A DNA stretch of 64,000 nt, taken from the NCBI RefSeq assembly GCF_041146345.1, contig NW_027191405.1, positions 1,054,001 to 1,118,000 of the forward strand, given 5' to 3'. Every line of letters starts with the position of its first letter. Within the stretch, counting starts at the first letter, position 1. Below the pieces are notes generated by a model. It did no database searches. It saw nothing but the letters and a program-made list of their open reading frames with translations, and had not been told where the DNA came from. Below are positions 61,885-64,000 of this stretch, piece by piece. The translations under genes were made by a program, and so were the position numbers. The stretch comes from Neodothiora populina (lineage: Eukaryota).

Positions 61885-64000
61885 ATGCAATTCAGACAGT
61901 TCTTCGCTAGTGCTGCACTTTGCCTTGTGCTTGCAGCATCCCTAGTGAATGGCCAGAGGTTTGTTCTTCTATATCTCCTCAACAGCATCCACCGCCCCCT
62001 TTTGACATGATGAGGAGTGTCGAAAGGGCTGCAAGTAGTTCAGATGTACATTGGCTGATCTTGACCATCTGCAGCAATTCTACTGGCTGCTCTATGATGA
62101 CCAAGACCGCAACCACGACCGTCACAGCACCAAAGTTCAATTCGACCTTCCCCAGATCCCCATTGAACTCTATAAGTGATGTCTCGGCTTCGGACCCTAT
62201 CATAAGCGCCGCATCAATTGATAGCAATGCTTCGAACATTGCCTCATCTGTATCACCATTTTCCACCAGCACTTCACTTGCAACCGTAACCAGCTATTCC
62301 ACTCTTACCAATCGTATCACTGTGTACGCACAGACGACTTCCGTAGCTCTGGATCCTGCCGATCCAACCTCTTCTAACACTCACGCTTACTACTATGCCC
62401 TTTCCAACGGCACTACAACATGGATTGACGGTCGCGCTCCACCTTCAAATCACCGCACCTATGTAACCAGTACTGTACAGGTTACCATATACCCCACTGC
62501 GGCTGCTCCAGAAAGAACAGTGACAGTCTCCCAAGTCTCTACAGCGGCTCGCGCAACCATCACGGTCGGCGTTACGAGCGGGGCATATGTGAATCCTACC
62601 AGTACATCCGTCGTCACTTCAACCTTCACAACACAGATTGTTTCCGTCAGCACTTTGTACATGACGCAGAGTCCGCCTGTTCCAGGTGTCGAAGGGGCTT
62701 CGAGTCCGAATGTCACTTTCGGCATCGTGTCGGCAGCAGCAACATCGTTGGCCGGCATCTCTACCGTAACCGGTCGACCTGTCACAACAACAATCAGTCT
62801 TGCATTTGCACATCCACCCACGAGCGCCAGCGATCAAAGCTCCTCAAGGCTTGACCCAGCTGATCCACCACTTGGCCTTACAGTCACAGCACAGTCAGAT
62901 GTTGCCAATTTCATCTTCGGCTCGGCATCACGATCCGTGACCGACGGGGTCGATACAACTGGTGCAGGATATGGTGTCTTACCAGCTACCGGCGTGGCTG
63001 TTGACCCCCTTCTTGCCAGCCAGCAATCCCAATCTTACAGCGGCACACTGCCTGGCCCTTTGCCAAACACTACTGGCCATGTGTCGGTACCAACTATACT
63101 TGGAAACTCGACCGCCTCCACTTCGACTAGTGTTTCGCGGGTGGCTAACAGTCCTGTCACGACCAGCGTTGTGAACATTACTCAGACAGGATATGAGATG
63201 CCTTCGCCGAATGCAACCTCGAGCCTGACCAAGAATACCAGCGAAGGTTCTACAGCAAATGCTGGTCCGGCTTTCGGAGCTTCATACACAACATCTCCTC
63301 TGTCACTGTTTACTCGAAGCAACGGTGATGTAGGCTCGGTGTCGGCACATACAGCAGCCTCGAGCACCATCGTGGCTGCCACCTCGTTGATCCCTTCTCT
63401 GTCAACAAACGCCAACGTTTCGACGGCTGTATCACGTGGATCGACCGACCACACTCGAGAAGCCAACTCAACAAGCTACTCCAAATTCGCTTCCTTTAGC
63501 GGTGCATCGGGTCCATCGTTGACATTCAGAAATGCCTCAACCCTGACGACAGTACCTAGCACCACGGGTAGCTCTAGCGTCATGCCGACACCGTCAGTGT
63601 GTGGCGAGCACGGTGATTTTGTGCTGACAGTAAGCTACTCCAAATTGCGTATCAAGATGGTCGTGGCTAACCATGTCTGCAGTGGGATGACGAGCCAACT
63701 TTCTCGCCGATGGAGCCAATTACTGATCCCAACGATGCGCCGCCAGTCTTCAATCCGTATCACCATCTGTACTTTGCCAATGGCTACGTGTATATCCCTC
63801 CACCAAGCGATCCCTTTCCTCCTGTGTCAGAACCACGTCTTGTCATGTTCCTGACGAACGAGACCGGGCCAAGCGACAACCCTGGAGCAGGAGGTGAGCA
63901 CGTAGGGGAGATAGGGGCCGGCGATCGTGCATCACAGTCGGCGTTCTGGTTCAATGCGTACAGCGCCTACCTGGGCTGTGACAATGCGGGCCCGGAGGAC
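61885..64000 (+). CDS. Secreted Ser/Thr-rich cell-surface protein with a C-terminal globular domain; truncated by the window end
   Basis: Signal-peptide exon MQFRQFFASAALCLVLAASLVNG, an intron, a long S/T-rich exon with N-glycosylation sequons, a second intron, then WDDEP...PVFNPYHHLYFANGYVY. Confidence 0.8.

Overview
Eukaryotic DNA from a filamentous ascomycete: gene-dense, with short GT-AG introns and CTRAC/CTAAC branch points. A Dothideomycete is my guess, not a demonstrated assignment. I can support about 25 protein-coding genes. Left to right: PPN1; a phacA(CYP504)-fahA-hmgA aromatic catabolism cluster; a GPI-anchored Cu-only SOD; an MFS transporter; FCP1; a frameshifted CorA/ALR-type Mg transporter; peroxisomal alcohol oxidase; a conserved hypothetical protein; a micro-exon acylphosphatase largely missed by the ORF track; alternative oxidase; a KAR9-like protein; RPA2; ARL8; an RCR-like membrane protein; a ToxD-like reductase; a lipocalin-like protein; ADH1; THI4; a Tls1/Hep59-like protein; a DsbA/FrnE-like protein; a LEE1/Cps3-like CCCH protein; and a truncated Ser/Thr-rich secreted protein. 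The strongest non-coding signal is a TPP riboswitch in a 5'UTR intron of THI4. It has two alternative donors, upstream ATGs between them, and an apparent 2-nt aptamer insertion that lengthens pairing over the proximal 5' splice site. No transposon, tRNA, rRNA or CRISPR was recognised. All calls are by eye, with no database searches run, and I found no clearly novel multi-gene system.
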